The translations under genes and the position numbers were made by a program. Of a stretch of DNA of 64,000 nt, positions 1 through 8,705 are shown one piece after another. The notes below the pieces were generated by a model. That model did not search any database. It saw only the letters and a list, made by a program, of their open reading frames with translations, and was not told where the DNA came from. Within the stretch, counting starts at the first letter, position 1. The number at the start of each line of letters is the position of its first letter. The stretch is from Verrucomicrobiales bacterium (GTDB lineage Bacteria > Verrucomicrobiota > Verrucomicrobiia > Verrucomicrobiales > V1-33): assembly GCA_050998515.1 (NCBI GenBank), contig JBPCQC010000012.1, positions 1,376 through 65,375 on the forward strand, given 5' to 3'.

Positions 1-1303
1 TCTCATGAAGGCGGGCAAACGCCTCCTTGCGTTCGCAGGCCTGCAAGGCGGCGGTGCCAAAACTGGCCAGGCACAGCGCGAACCAGCGATCGGTCTCGCT
101 CAATTCCGATACTCCTGCGGTCCTCTCGAAACTCATCACCCCATAGAAAACCTCGCCCTGCTGCAGCGCGACTGCCAGGGCCGATGCCGATTCCGAGTCG
201 AGAAAGCCGATCTCGCGAAGCAGACCAAGCAATGGCGTTGACGCCGAAGCCGTGGCCCAGTTCTGCGCAGCCACTTCGTCGAAAAAACTCGGACAGTAAC
301 TCAAATCGATGGCGGCTCCCGTGCGCACGGTAGCGGTTCGGCGGTCGTGGACCGCCTGACAGGAAACGACTTTCTCCGCGCTACCTGTCGGTGTCGAGGG
401 TTGGCGCAGCCAGACACTGACGCGCGAGCATTCGAGCAATTCAGCGCCCTGGCAGGTTAGCAGGGACAGGCTTTTGGCCAAATCACCCTCGCGAAAAGCT
501 GCTGACACCGAGAACTCCGCCAGCACCTGAGTTCGCCGGGCCAGCCGGTTCGCGAGCTCCACCAGGTTTTGCTGCTTTTCCCCGCTCGCGTTGCGAAGTT
601 GAATGATGATTCTATCTGTGCGCCGCGAAGCGTGCACTTCGAGGTCTTGCTCGCCTGCTGGCAGGGCAAACCGCGCGACCGATGGGCCAGCGATTTCCCC
701 CACTTCGAGACGCAAGAGAAGATCGCGCAACCGGGTGCGATCAGCGGCCCATTCGTCAAAATCCCGGCCGACAGGGGTCGCGCCAAGAAGCGCCCTTGCA
801 CCCGCGTTGGCGGCGATGATGTGCAACCGAACATCCGTCTCAATGACCGAGCCGGGAAGTTCCTCGAGGCTCAATGACGACGGGCCAGCGCCCGAGTCGC
901 TCACGTTCAGAAACGGCGGAACGGGGGAAAGTGCAGGCCCGGGTTCCGACGCGGGCAAGGCGGCGGAATCCGTCCAGACTTGAGTCATCATACCGTTAGC
1001 GGTACCGAGATAGAACTGAAATTGATCGACCTGAAAAGTTCGAACACCGAGCACCGGATAGGCCACGCCGCGCTGCATCGGCTTCCCCTCCATCCAAGTG
1101 GTATTTCGAGTCTCCTCGAGCACTATCACATACCACCCTGGACCGCGCTTTTCGAGCTGCAGATGCCGCCGCGAGAGCGTTTCCACGTGGCGGAGAACCT
1201 CGCGCGCCACTGTTCCCGCCCGCCCGATGACATCACCCGATCGGCAGGGCCAGCGTTGCCCGCCATTTTCGAGAAAAAGAAAGCATTCGTCACTCGCGAT
1301 CAT
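1..1303 (-). CDS. FHA-like / PAS-like / GAF-like sensor protein, C-terminal part lies beyond the left window edge
   Basis: Absent from the ORF track because its stop lies left of base 1. Hand translation of the minus strand gives ATG 1303..1301 with AAGGAGG at 1312..1318. The frame was checked codon by codon and is open to base 2. N-terminus MIASDECFLFLENGGQRWPCRSGDVIGRAG..LSRRHLQLEKRGPGWYVIVLEETRNTTWMEGKPM is FHA-like. Middle LPGSVIETDVRLHIIAANAGARALLG is PAS-like. Distal LLECSRVSVWLRQP..FLDSESASALAVALQQGEVFYGVMSFE is GAF-like. Confidence 0.6.
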   Translation of the reverse strand, partial: MIASDECFLFLENGGQRWPCRSGDVIGRAGTVAREVLRHVETLSRRHLQLEKRGPGWYVIVLEETRNTTWMEGKPMQRGVAYPVLGVRTFQVDQFQFYLGTANGMMTQVWTDSAALPASEPGPALSPVPPFLNVSDSGAGPSSLSLEELPGSVIETDVRLHIIAANAGARALLGATPVGRDFDEWAADRTRLRDLLLRLEVGEIAGPSVARFALPAGEQDLEVHASRRTDRIIIQLRNASGEKQQNLVELANRLARRTQVLAEFSVSAAFREGDLAKSLSLLTCQGAELLECSRVSVWLRQPSTPTGSAEKVVSCQAVHDRRTATVRTGAAIDLSYCPSFFDEVAAQNWATASASTPLLGLLREIGFLDSESASALAVALQQGEVFYGVMSFERTAGVSELSETDRWFALCLASFGTAALQACERKEAFARLHE

Positions 1304-1352
1304 CCAGAACTACCTCCTTGTTGTAATCGGATTCTTCCGCTAAAACAAGAAG

Positions 1353-2057
1353 ATGAAACTGCTGCTTTTGCTCGTTTCGGTTGCCGCTGCGATCTCTCTG
1401 AGCGGTTGCCAATCCGGTCCGATCACGGATTCCACCATCAATGAAGGCCCTCTGTTTGGAAAGAAGGACGAAACCCGATTTGTGGTCGGCACCGACACCG
1501 GCGAAGTCAATCTCGGCGACCTGGCAAAAATCGCGAAGACAGTCCGGAAGTACAAAAGCCTCAACGCCTCCGAGCAGGAGATTATTCGACGCGTGGCGGC
1601 CTTGAAACTCGATGGCTATGTAGCCGTCGAGATGAAACGGCTCGCCCCCCGCTTTGAACCTCGCATTACGGCCGTTCGCCAGCGCAAGGCACAAAAGATT
1701 CAAAAGATTGCTGAGGTGCGGCCGGCTCCACTGGCCCAGGTCGCCCAGGAAATCAAGGCGGTCCTGGCCGAGGCCGATCACGCGATTGGCGTCATCGATA
1801 GCGAATGGCGCGCGGCGGCCACGGCCAGTGTCACCCGCAAATACGGAACCGATTTTGCGGTTGCAGTGAACACCCGGGACAACAAACCGGTGGTAGCGCT
1901 GGCAAGTCTCCGGGAGTCGGGCGTTGTGGTCGCCTCGGCAGCGTATGAACTGAGCGGTTCTCAGGCTCAGCTTTCCACCGCAGCCCGCCAGGGAGCACGC
2001 ATTTCCCACGAAGGCCGCGACGTCGTTCTCCTCGACACCGCAGCCACCTTGCAGTGA
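1353..2057 (+). CDS. hypothetical lipoprotein
   Basis: ATG start with a lipoprotein signal peptide and lipobox, MKLLLLLVSVAAAISLSGC. No family recognised. The antisense ORF 1290..2009 is judged spurious. Confidence 0.6.
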   Translation: MKLLLLLVSVAAAISLSGCQSGPITDSTINEGPLFGKKDETRFVVGTDTGEVNLGDLAKIAKTVRKYKSLNASEQEIIRRVAALKLDGYVAVEMKRLAPRFEPRITAVRQRKAQKIQKIAEVRPAPLAQVAQEIKAVLAEADHAIGVIDSEWRAAATASVTRKYGTDFAVAVNTRDNKPVVALASLRESGVVVASAAYELSGSQAQLSTAARQGARISHEGRDVVLLDTAATLQ

Positions 2058-2128
2058 GGGCCGCTGGGAGATCCGCTGCCGTTGTTTCGGAAGGGAATTG
2101 GGCTTCTTGCCCGTTGCAGTGATTTTAA

Positions 2129-3088
2129 ATGAAACTCGTCATCCTCGATGGGCACACATTGAATCCCGGCGACCTTGATTGGGCGCCATTGCATGCCCTG
2201 GCTGGATGCACTATTTACGATCGCACGCCAGACCACCTAATTATCAACCGCGCCGCCGAGGCCGACTTGTTGCTGACGAACAAAACCCCGCTCGTGCGTG
2301 AAACGATCAACTCACTGCCAGCGGTGCGATATATCGGCGTTCTGGCCACCGGGTACAACGTGGTCGACATCGAAGCCGCGTCCGCGCGCCGCATCCCTGT
2401 AACGAATGTGCCCGGCTACGGCACACCCTCAGTGGCACAGCACGTTTTCGCCCTCCTGCTCGAGCTCGCCGTTCACACCGGTCATCACGCGCAGACCGTC
2501 GCCGAGGGGCGCTGGTGGGCTCAGCCGGACTTCTGCTATTGGGACCGGCCGTTGGTCGAACTTTCGGGAAAAACGTTAGGCGTCGTGGGCTGGGGCGCCA
2601 TTGGCCGGCGGGTGGGCCAGATTGCGGAGGCCTTTGGAATGACGGTGCTGGCAGCCGCGCGCGAAAGCGTCCCGAGCCAGGGGCCAAACCAGGTGCGGCG
2701 GGCGCCGCTCGATGAGCTTTTTGCCATCGCCGATGTAATTTCGCTCCATTGTCCGCTAACAGCGGAAACCGAGGGCCTGGTCAATGCCGGGCGGCTGGCA
2801 TTGATGAGGCCGTCGAGTTATCTCATCAACACTGCGCGCGGGCCGCTCGTCGTCGAGCAGGCACTGGCGGATGCGCTTAATGCGGGGCGCCTCGCTGGGG
2901 CCGGCCTTGATGTTTTGTCCATCGAGCCGCCGCATGCCGGCAATCCGCTGCTTTCAGCCCGCAATTGCGTCCTTACACCGCACATTGCCTGGGCCACATC
3001 TGCCGCTCGTGGGCGACTCCTCGATGAAGCGGCGGATAACGTGAGGGCCTTCCTCGATGGACGGCCGCGCAATGTGGTGAATGCTTAG
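2129..3088 (+). CDS. D-isomer-specific 2-hydroxyacid dehydrogenase (glycerate dehydrogenase-like)
   Basis: 319 aa. NAD-binding GVVGWGAIGRRVG plus NTARG and LTPHIAWAT motifs, in the usual layout for this family. Confidence 0.85.
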   Translation: MKLVILDGHTLNPGDLDWAPLHALAGCTIYDRTPDHLIINRAAEADLLLTNKTPLVRETINSLPAVRYIGVLATGYNVVDIEAASARRIPVTNVPGYGTPSVAQHVFALLLELAVHTGHHAQTVAEGRWWAQPDFCYWDRPLVELSGKTLGVVGWGAIGRRVGQIAEAFGMTVLAAARESVPSQGPNQVRRAPLDELFAIADVISLHCPLTAETEGLVNAGRLALMRPSSYLINTARGPLVVEQALADALNAGRLAGAGLDVLSIEPPHAGNPLLSARNCVLTPHIAWATSAARGRLLDEAADNVRAFLDGRPRNVVNA

Positions 3089-3100
3089 GAGTCTGTTGAA

Positions 3101-4597
3101 TTAATTGCTTCCTGGCTGGCGTGCGGCGGTCGCTGAAGCGATCACCGGCCGGGCCGTGCCCTCGAAATAACCGCGGATCTTCGGCCAATCATAAGTAGCC
3201 ACTTTGCGGCCGAGAGTCAGACCTTCGATGTTGTCGGCCTGGATGTGATAACCGCCGTAGACCCTTGAGATGCCAGCCATTTCCGCGGTGGCAGTGAAGG
3301 TGGGCAGATCAAGTTTTACCTCTTCACCGGCGACGGGCTCGGTAAGGATGCAGCATTTGCGCACTTCAACCTCGCCGAAGTGATCGCTTCCAGTGAAAAG
3401 CTTGAGTGTTTCGGCGCAAGCGGCACTGACTGTGCTATGCCCCGAAACATAGCCGGGAAACGGCGGCGTGATGAAAGTCGATGGCGAATAAGGATGCCAT
3501 CCCTCACCCTTCATCTTGCAGGCGCCTTTCCCAGGCCCCCCCCAACATTGTATCTCCTGGCCACGAAAGTAATGTCGCACCAGCGTCCAGGGGCGGGAGG
3601 AATCATAGTAGCGCTTCGTTTCCCACGACGCGATGAACGCATCCATGGCCACATTCGCGATCGCGAAGTACAGCTTCACGTCCTTGTCGAGATCGTGCTT
3701 GTCACGGCGGGAAACCATTTGCGCAAACTTCAGCCAATGGCCGGATTGGCCCGTCGAGCGCGGTCCGTCGCGCATGAATTCCACGATCGCCTTCACTTTG
3801 GGATCCAGCTTGGCGTTGCAATCAATGCATTCCTTGGTCTCATTGAGAAGTTGCTCGGATCCCACCAATGGCGGCGGCCCGGGCCGAAACTGATCGGAGC
3901 TTTTCAAGGCAAATGGCTTCACCCGATACCAGTGGGGAGTGAGGAACCCGGGCGTGACTTTGCCGCCCTTGCCATCGTCAAAAGCAATCGGCTGCCAGCG
4001 ATCCGGGTCGATAATCTTGTCCGGCGGATTGATCGGCCGGTAATAGGTATAGTCCGAATAGGCCTTGCCCTCGCTTCCCGCCTCGTCCCCTAATTGATTC
4101 GCACCATCGTGGTGACGATAGGCAATGAGCGCCGCCGCCACGGTGTTGCCGATGCCCTGCGGCGTCGAGGGATCCATCGACACGTCGTTCGGATTATATC
4201 CCAACCTGGTCAACTGCTCGGCCGCGTAGGCGGCGTCATGCGGATAAACATCAACCAAGGTTCGGTAAACTGCGTAGCTGATCGCCTTTTTCTTGTTCTC
4301 GATGGTCCTCTCCGAAAGAGGCCGGCGCAGCGAGGTGCCCAGCCGCGTCCCTGCTGCCTTTTCGTCATACGCCGCCCAGGCGTCGAACATCGCCGTCATG
4401 GGGATGGCGAGGGTGCGCGACAAAACAGTCGGCCGTGCTCCATAGCGGTCGACGTCCCGGGCGGTCGCTTCCAGCGCAATATCAAGCCATTCGTTGGCAA
4501 TGGTCTTTTCGGGCGTCTTGTTGTCGCGCTGAGCAGCAAACACAGCCGCAGGCAGCAAGGCTACGAGCACGGCGATCAATGGGGAAGTTCGAACCAT
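3101..4597 (-). CDS. secreted PAP2-superfamily protein, vanadium-dependent haloperoxidase-like
   Basis: Signal peptide MVRTSPLIAVLVALLPAAVFA. The full PAP2 motif set is present: KRYYDSSRP (Kx6RP), PGYVSGHS (SGH) and SRVYGGYHIQAD (SRx5Hx3D). Confidence 0.7.
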   Translation of the reverse strand: MVRTSPLIAVLVALLPAAVFAAQRDNKTPEKTIANEWLDIALEATARDVDRYGARPTVLSRTLAIPMTAMFDAWAAYDEKAAGTRLGTSLRRPLSERTIENKKKAISYAVYRTLVDVYPHDAAYAAEQLTRLGYNPNDVSMDPSTPQGIGNTVAAALIAYRHHDGANQLGDEAGSEGKAYSDYTYYRPINPPDKIIDPDRWQPIAFDDGKGGKVTPGFLTPHWYRVKPFALKSSDQFRPGPPPLVGSEQLLNETKECIDCNAKLDPKVKAIVEFMRDGPRSTGQSGHWLKFAQMVSRRDKHDLDKDVKLYFAIANVAMDAFIASWETKRYYDSSRPWTLVRHYFRGQEIQCWGGPGKGACKMKGEGWHPYSPSTFITPPFPGYVSGHSTVSAACAETLKLFTGSDHFGEVEVRKCCILTEPVAGEEVKLDLPTFTATAEMAGISRVYGGYHIQADNIEGLTLGRKVATYDWPKIRGYFEGTARPVIASATAARQPGSN

Positions 4598-4685
4598 GAT
4601 GGGGAATGTGGGGGGGCATGTTGGTCAAGGAAGCATGAGCCCGCCATAATAATTTGATGAATGCCCCGGCTCACTTGATGAGTCC

Positions 4686-4725
4686 GCCGACTGATAGGAC
4701 GAGTGGTCCTCGGCCCGTTTTTTTT
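4686..4725 (+). terminator. intrinsic-terminator-like hairpin plus T8, plus-strand orientation
   Basis: GCCGA-CTGATA-GGAC-GAGTG-GTCC-TCGGC, then CCG and eight T (4718..4725). There is no plus-strand gene upstream. Confidence 0.35.
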
Positions 4726-4842
4726 CCCACCCGAATCAGGCCTCCGGCTGGCAAGCTCCCCGGTAATAACGTCGGCTGGCACCGACGACTTTCAAGTCCC
4801 CGCCAGTGACCATGCCTCTACCATTTGGACCTGCGAAGAGTG

Positions 4843-4916
4843 GAAGCCCGGTTGGTAATGGAGCGAGATCCCCCAAATAAAAACTCGCATATTTCCAGCC
4901 AACCGGGCTTCTTTTT
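4843..4916 (+). terminator. long hairpin plus T5, plus-strand orientation (terminator-like or REP-like)
   Basis: 13-bp stem GAAGCCCGGTTGG (4843..4855) / CCAACCGGGCTTC (4899..4911) enclosing an inner GCGAG..CTCGC hairpin, followed by TTTTT at 4912..4916. Confidence 0.35.
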
Positions 4917-5013
4917 CAACCCCCTGTTCGCTTGCAGCGAACGCCGCAAAACTACCGCCAACGGGCCGAAGTGGACAAAGGAAGAAATGTGTCAATTCTG
5001 TCACATTAAAGCG

Positions 5014-5391
5014 CTATCGCTTCCTATAACTTGAATGGTTGGGGTTGACCACGAGCAACATCCAACCAATTAGCAAGGCCAGGCCGCCCAGCGGCGTAAT
5101 AGGTCCGAACCAGGCAATTCTAACCAGAGCAAGACCATATAAGCTGCCGCTAAACAATAAGATTCCCGCCAGGAAGAACCACCACGGCAAGGACGGGCGG
5201 CCGTTTCGAGGGCGCAGAGTCCAGAGCACAACGGCGTGCACCAGATGAAAAAATACTGCCTTCTCCCAAAGGGCCGCCGTGTCGCGGGCCACGAGCGTCA
5301 CCTTTAGTCCATGGGCGCCAAACGCCCCTAACGCCACGGCAAGAAACCCCAGGGCAGCGGCAATTTGGGATGGCCAGCGTAAGGGAGTCAT
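5014..5391 (-). CDS. DUF423 family small membrane protein
   Basis: 125 aa, four hydrophobic segments. LGAFGAHGL, FHLVHAVVLW and LFSGSLYGLAL match the DUF423 (YgdD-like) pattern as I remember it. Confidence 0.75.
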   Translation of the reverse strand: MTPLRWPSQIAAALGFLAVALGAFGAHGLKVTLVARDTAALWEKAVFFHLVHAVVLWTLRPRNGRPSLPWWFFLAGILLFSGSLYGLALVRIAWFGPITPLGGLALLIGWMLLVVNPNHSSYRKR

Positions 5392-5427
5392 CGTGCCGCC
5401 ATATTTGCCGAGCGCTGGAAATTCGCA

Positions 5428-6069
5428 ATGTTAGGACAGATGATCCGCGTGATTTACATCGCAGCCGCCTTGGTCATGAGCAGCGTCCTGCAAGCGGCCG
5501 AACCCGCTCGACCAACGAAAATTGATTTCGAACAATTCAAGGTTGGACCGTTGCCTGATGATTTTATGGTGGTCGAAGGGGAATTTCGGATCGCCGAACA
5601 AGACGGCAAAAAAGTGCTCGAATTGCTGCCTCAGCCCATCGCGGATGGTGCGGTCCTCGTGGGCCCTTCAGCGAGCGGCGCCTCGAGCATTCGCGCCCTG
5701 ACCAAGGCCGAAAAGAGCCGGCGATCCTTTCCTCGGTTCGGACTGGGGCTGCAAGGCATCTCAGGGACCAAGCTGCGCGTCGTGCCCGCGCAAAAAACAA
5801 TCGAGCTCGTACAAGGCGAGGCACAGATTGCCAAGGCCGATTTCGAGTGGAAGGAAAACACCTGGCTGGTCGTCGAATTGAATGTGGGAGAATCCGCCGG
5901 CGCCTGGACAGCCGAAGCCCGAGTCTGGCTTGCCGGCGGCAGACGGCCGGACCAGCCCAGCCTGACCGCAAAACTCCCCGGCCCGCCAGGACAAGGCAGG
6001 CCCTCGGTAATCGGCACGCCCTACGCAAACAAGCCGATCTATTTTGATGATGTCGAGGTCGGCATTTAG
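5428..6069 (+). CDS. secreted hypothetical protein, single jelly-roll-like domain
   Basis: Signal peptide MLGQMIRVIYIAAALVMSSVLQAAEP. The body aligns by eye with the C-terminal 198 aa of the propeller protein at 22894..25185 (DFE.F, EQDG.KVL, NTW, A+VW..G..P, Y/F-F/I-D-D/N-V/I). Confidence 0.5.
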   Translation: MLGQMIRVIYIAAALVMSSVLQAAEPARPTKIDFEQFKVGPLPDDFMVVEGEFRIAEQDGKKVLELLPQPIADGAVLVGPSASGASSIRALTKAEKSRRSFPRFGLGLQGISGTKLRVVPAQKTIELVQGEAQIAKADFEWKENTWLVVELNVGESAGAWTAEARVWLAGGRRPDQPSLTAKLPGPPGQGRPSVIGTPYANKPIYFDDVEVGI

Positions 6070-6159
6070 CCGGCTCATCTGTTATTCGTTATCCCGGGAC
6101 ATGTCAGACGACTCCGCATTGCCCGCACCGACTTCTGGCCGCGAATAACCACATCTCCG

Positions 6160-7311
6160 ATGCAACACTACTTCGATCACAACGCAACCACACCGCTCTG
6201 CGAGCCGGCGCGGCGGACTTGGCTCGAAATGGAGTCAAAGCACTGGCACAATCCATCGAGCTTGTATCGTGAGGCGGCCGAAGCGCGGCAGAAACTCGAA
6301 AACTGCCGCGAGCGTCTGGCAGAGTTGTTAGGCGGCTGCGACCCGGAATGCATTGTCTTCACCTCGGGCGCCACCGAAGCAAATAACGGGCTGTTTCGCG
6401 TGTTCGGCGATTGGGGCAAAACTCACGCGCGCTTGACTGGAGACGGCCTGCCTTCTGGCCGCCGGGACGGTCGCGTGCTCATCTCGGCCTATGAGCATCC
6501 CTCTGTCCGTGAGCCCGCCCGGAAGTTGTGTCGCGCGCTCGAAGTCAAAATGTCGGAATTGGAGGAAGAGATTGCAAACGGAAGTGTGCGCCTCCTTTCC
6601 TGGATGGCCGCCAACAACGAGAACGGAGTGCTTTTTGATTGGAGTCAGTTGGCGCGGCAGTCAGGCCTCGGTCGAACCATCGGCTTTTTCCACTCTGACG
6701 CGGCACAATGGCTCGGCAAAATGCCGGCCGCGGCATTGGCCTGCGGAAATCCGATCCTCACCGCCTCGGCTCATAAATTTGGGGGGCCGAAAGCGGTGGG
6801 ATTTTTGCGGCTCCCCATGCCCCGACAGGATTTTGCCTGGCAACTCGGCGGACCACAGGAGAACGGTCAGCGCGCCGGGACGGAGAATCTGCCCGGCATC
6901 GCAGCCATGATAGCCGCCCTCGAACATGCGGAATCTCGATTGCCGGGCAACCCAGCGCCGCGTGATGAATTTGAAGCGCGCCTCGAGTGGCCGGTCGTCG
7001 GCGGTGGCCAGGCGCGGCTTTGGAACACCAGCATGGTCATCGCGCCCCGTCATGACAACCGTCTCTGGCTGGCGCGGCTCAGCCAGCGCGGATTTCAATG
7101 CTCGACTGGCAGCGCCTGCAGCAGCGGACAAGACGGGGACTCGCACGTCCTCGCCGCCATGGGTCTCGATTCACACGAAATGAAGCGCGTGCTGCGATTT
7201 TCCTCAGGTTTCGATGCTGCCTCTGAAGATTGGATGGCGCTCGCCAACGCACTGGGTGAAGTGCAAAAGTCACTCGACACCCGCTCGGTCCGCGCCAAAG
7301 CCCACGCTTGA
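6160..7311 (+). CDS. cysteine desulfurase (class V aminotransferase, NifS/IscS-like)
   Basis: YFDHNATTP, FTSGATEANN, PLP-lysine motif SAHKFGGPKAVG and catalytic-cysteine loop CSTGSACSSG. Confidence 0.85.
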   Translation: MQHYFDHNATTPLCEPARRTWLEMESKHWHNPSSLYREAAEARQKLENCRERLAELLGGCDPECIVFTSGATEANNGLFRVFGDWGKTHARLTGDGLPSGRRDGRVLISAYEHPSVREPARKLCRALEVKMSELEEEIANGSVRLLSWMAANNENGVLFDWSQLARQSGLGRTIGFFHSDAAQWLGKMPAAALACGNPILTASAHKFGGPKAVGFLRLPMPRQDFAWQLGGPQENGQRAGTENLPGIAAMIAALEHAESRLPGNPAPRDEFEARLEWPVVGGGQARLWNTSMVIAPRHDNRLWLARLSQRGFQCSTGSACSSGQDGDSHVLAAMGLDSHEMKRVLRFSSGFDAASEDWMALANALGEVQKSLDTRSVRAKAHA

Positions 7312-7315
7312 TCCG

Positions 7316-7528
7316 ATGACCCGCAACGAAGCTATCGAAAGAATTCAGGAAGCCTGCAAACAGATCGCGCTGCAAATGATGCGAATCCATCCCGCCGTCC
7401 CCGGCCTCGGGGACGAACCCACCCAGGCCGCGCTGCTCAAGGCCGCCCACCAACTCACCGTCGAACTCGAAACCATCAAAAAACTCGTCATCCGGCTGCA
7501 AAACCGCGACGACAACACCGCGCTTTAA
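7316..7528 (+). CDS. small hypothetical protein (70 aa)
   Basis: ATG 4 nt after the desulfurase stop. The track ORF 7214..7528 is the same frame extended upstream. Third codon positions are strongly G/C, as in neighbouring genes. No family recognised. Confidence 0.5.
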   Translation: MTRNEAIERIQEACKQIALQMMRIHPAVPGLGDEPTQAALLKAAHQLTVELETIKKLVIRLQNRDDNTAL

Positions 7529-7769
7529 ATCATCGCTTCAAGCCGCCCTGATTCCCTTGCTGTAGGGCCAGTTAAAGAACTTGGTCTCGTCAACGTCGCA
7601 ACACTTGTCCGTCGTGGCCCCCAGTGGATGAAGCACCTGAGGCGCTCGCCGCTGGTGTCCTCCCAGCCGATGACGTGGTCCTGCAAGTGAAGGATCGCAG
7701 CCGGTGAGTTGGTCCGTGCACCGATGGCGCACAAGGCAAAGAGAAGGGCTTGTCAAATGGCTTGCCAAC

Positions 7770-8705
7770 TTAAAGCCTGGCTTCGGGCGGGTTTTGGCCT
7801 GCGGTGGCTTCGGCGGATGGCGGCAGCCGCTCCGGGGCTGGGAGCGCGAGATGGTCCTCCAACCGCCGAATGGTACGAATGAGCAGTGGTGTCCGCGTGA
7901 GCGGATGGCCGCGATCGTATATCCTTCGCAGGAGCGCGTGCAGGGCCGACGGATCGGCGGCCTCCTGGGCGGTTTGGGCGGCCTCGTAAATGCCCAAAAG
8001 TGTCTCGAGTGTTGGCTTGTGGTGCTGGACACCCTCATGAAAAAGCTGGCGCAGCATTTGCTCTGCCTCGTTCTCGCGGTCCGGAATATGCGTTAGGGCG
8101 TAAGCGTGGAAGCGCTTGGTGTAGCCGGGCGCGCCGGGCAGGCGCGCCGCATTCGCCCAGGCTTCAGCGATTTTTGCGTAGTCGCGCGTTTCGTAACGGT
8201 CTTCGAGCAGCCGGGCCAGCGCCTGATGGATCCGGTACTCGTTGGGCAGATTGCGAATGCCCGCTTGGATCATTTCGCGGCCCTTTTCGACATAGGCGTT
8301 GGAAAGGAGGCTGGCCCGCTCGGGGCTTTCGCTATTGCTCAAGCGGAAAAAACGCGCGGCATTGGTGGCGAGCATCCACTGGCCCATGTCCCAATAGTAA
8401 AACACGCGCGGCTGAAGTTGTTGAATGAAGCGATAGTCGCGCTCGACTTCGGCGTAGTTGGTTTTTTCCCAGGCATCACGGGCCGCCAGGTCCCACAGCG
8501 CAGCGACCAGCGCCCGCAATCCGCCCAACACCGCAAAAAGCGCGGACTGGCTGACGTGCTCCCGCAGGGTGAGCCGCACATCGGCATTTTCACGCAAATC
8601 CGCGGCCTGGCGATGCTGGTGAAAAGCGGCCTCGATCGGAAGCCGCGCGGCGCCAAAAGCCAGCACCGCGACCACACCGCAGGCTATTTTACCTAACGAA
8701 ATCAC
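7770..8705 (-). CDS. hypothetical membrane-anchored helical (TPR-like) protein, third gene of the ABC-2 operon
   Basis: GTG start overlaps the permease TGA (GTGA at 8702..8705). N-terminal hydrophobic helix IACGVVAVLAFGAA, then helix-rich sequence. Confidence 0.55.
   Translation of the reverse strand: MISLGKIACGVVAVLAFGAARLPIEAAFHQHRQAADLRENADVRLTLREHVSQSALFAVLGGLRALVAALWDLAARDAWEKTNYAEVERDYRFIQQLQPRVFYYWDMGQWMLATNAARFFRLSNSESPERASLLSNAYVEKGREMIQAGIRNLPNEYRIHQALARLLEDRYETRDYAKIAEAWANAARLPGAPGYTKRFHAYALTHIPDRENEAEQMLRQLFHEGVQHHKPTLETLLGIYEAAQTAQEAADPSALHALLRRIYDRGHPLTRTPLLIRTIRRLEDHLALPAPERLPPSAEATAGQNPPEARL

Noticed and set aside
457-1444. Track ORFs 457..843(-), 569..877(+), 603..983(+), 980..1444(+), 1098..1343(+)
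   Set aside because: All overlap the open FHA/PAS/GAF frame, which has a strong RBS and domain-like sequence. Their translations are R/C/W/P-rich with no motifs.
1290-2009. 239-aa minus-strand ORF
   Set aside because: It is antisense to the lipoprotein gene, which has a clean lipobox. No motifs; a typical GC-rich shadow ORF.
4670-4705. Hammerhead-ribozyme-like TTGATGAG..GTCC..GGAC..GAG string
   Set aside because: The core is TTGATGAG rather than CTGATGA, and the stem-II closing sequence is followed by GAG rather than the required GAAA. No cleavage-site helix could be drawn.
4825-5034. 69-aa plus-strand ORF in the gene-free interval
   Set aside because: Low-complexity translation and poor third-position G/C. 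It spans the long hairpin and runs into the DUF423 gene on the opposite strand.
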